Notes under the pieces: model-generated
Told to the model about the DNA's origin: nothing
Database searches by the model: none
What the model saw: the letters and a program-made list of their open reading frames with translations, nothing else
Program-made: the position numbers and the translations under genes
Assembly: GCA_031835245.2 (NCBI GenBank)
Contig: JAVKOQ020000057.1
Coordinates: 186,001 to 233,969 of the forward strand
DNA: 47,969 bases
Reading direction: 5' to 3'
Source: Balamuthia mandrillaris
Lineage: Eukaryota
In this document: positions 47,055 through 47,969 of the stretch, one piece after another
Layout of the letters: each line of letters begins with the position of its first letter
Position numbering within the stretch: the stretch's first letter is position 1

Positions 47055-47969
47055 TTAGTTGGAGGCCTTCCCCTCTGCATTGCCTCGCTTCGAGGCGAGC
47101 GCCACATAAGCCAACGCGTTCGAGAGGATACGGGAGCCGCCGACTCGAGCCACCTCACAACCCGCATTGACAGTGACCACCATTCCATAACGATCCTCCT
47201 TTCGCAGCTGCACCACCAATGGAATGCCATCATCCCACAGGGCAATGACCTCCGCCTCTTTCTCCGGTTGGCCATGACAGCGGTAGACTTGGCCTATCTC
47301 CTCCACGTGATACAACACCGGATGATTGGGGCGAAGCTTTTGGCCAAGGGTGCGATGGACCAGCTCTCCGCGGTCAGGGATCAATGGGTGTAGACCCTCA
47401 GCGAGGAAGTCGCCTTTGACACAGTAGGACCCGTCTTTTTGGTTGGCTGCTCTGGCGATGACCACTCCCCCACGATCTTCTTTGATGTAACGAGCCAAGA
47501 GGTTGCCTATATTTTGACAGGAAGAGGAAGAGGAAGAGGAAGAGGAAGAGGAAGAGGAAGAGGAAGAGGAAGAGGAAGAGGAAGAGGAAGAGGAAGAGGA
47601 AGAGGAAGAGGAAGAGGAAGAGGAAGAGGAAGAGGAAGAGGAAGAGGAAGAGGAAGAGGAAGAGGAAGAGGAAGAGAACGGGAAGACGTACGAAAAAACT
47701 GTAAGAAAAAGACAAAGTCACAAAATGGGAGAGGAATAGAACAAAAGTTACTCGTAGTCTCGTTGTTGGTGATGGTGCCGCCACCAATGACCAAGATGGC
47801 ATCAAACTCGCACAAGAATTCAAACGTAGGGGTAGTGCGCATAGCGTAGAGCACCGCCATGCGTCGGATGCGAAACGGAACGTGTAAAGGGATGGAGTAG
47901 GTGCCGCTACATATCATCAGAAACGAAAACGTCTAACGGAAGAAGAATAGATGGAAGAAAGAAGAGAAG
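47055..47969 (-). CDS. 3' part of a hypothetical protein, possibly class-I glutamine-amidotransferase-like fold; begins beyond the window
   Basis: Exons give RTTPTFEFLCEFDAILVIG...NLLARYIKEDRGGVVIA...HPVLYHV...VIALWDDGIPLVV...RILSNALAYVA; stop at 47055. Confidence 0.55.
47520..47677. repeat. (GGAAGA)n hexamer microsatellite inside an intron of the last gene
   Basis: Near-perfect run seen directly. Confidence 0.95.

Noticed and set aside
47398..47917. RGRGRG, LFLFLF and LPLPLP ORFs
   Set aside because: All derive from the intronic (GGAAGA)n microsatellite.

Overview
Gene-dense, intron-rich eukaryotic nuclear DNA. Short GT-AG introns filled with (CT)n/(CTT)n, very short intergenic gaps and low-complexity E/Q/S/T tracts suggest a free-living amoeba (Discosea, Balamuthia/Acanthamoeba-like); this taxonomy is inference only. 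I hand-spliced about 19 protein-coding genes: an alpha-2-macroglobulin-family N-terminus, a SET-domain methyltransferase, a bacterial-type TPR membrane protein, a 6x CCHC zinc-knuckle protein, an ANK-SPRY-ANK-Kelch-BTB-BTB protein, YPI1/PPP1R11, RGP1, a CAMK-group kinase, a LYR protein, STE24, an F-box/2OG-Fe(II) oxygenase, RPN12, a GST, a YdeI/OmdA-family protein, a secreted acidic protein, a PH-patatin phospholipase, a class-3 lipase, an S4 + PARG-like fusion and a partial gene at the right edge. There are also two probable pseudogenes. The strongest non-coding signal is a ~310 bp tRNA-type SINE-like retroposon at 10315-10622, with Pol III A/B boxes, a hairpin-rich body, AATAAA + poly(A) and a 15-bp target-site duplication. 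Other notable items are the S4/degenerate-PARG fusion, a 63-bp coding minisatellite that frameshifts the F-box/2OG gene, and several bacterial-type genes. Exon boundaries and family calls come from manual reading and motif recall, not database searches.
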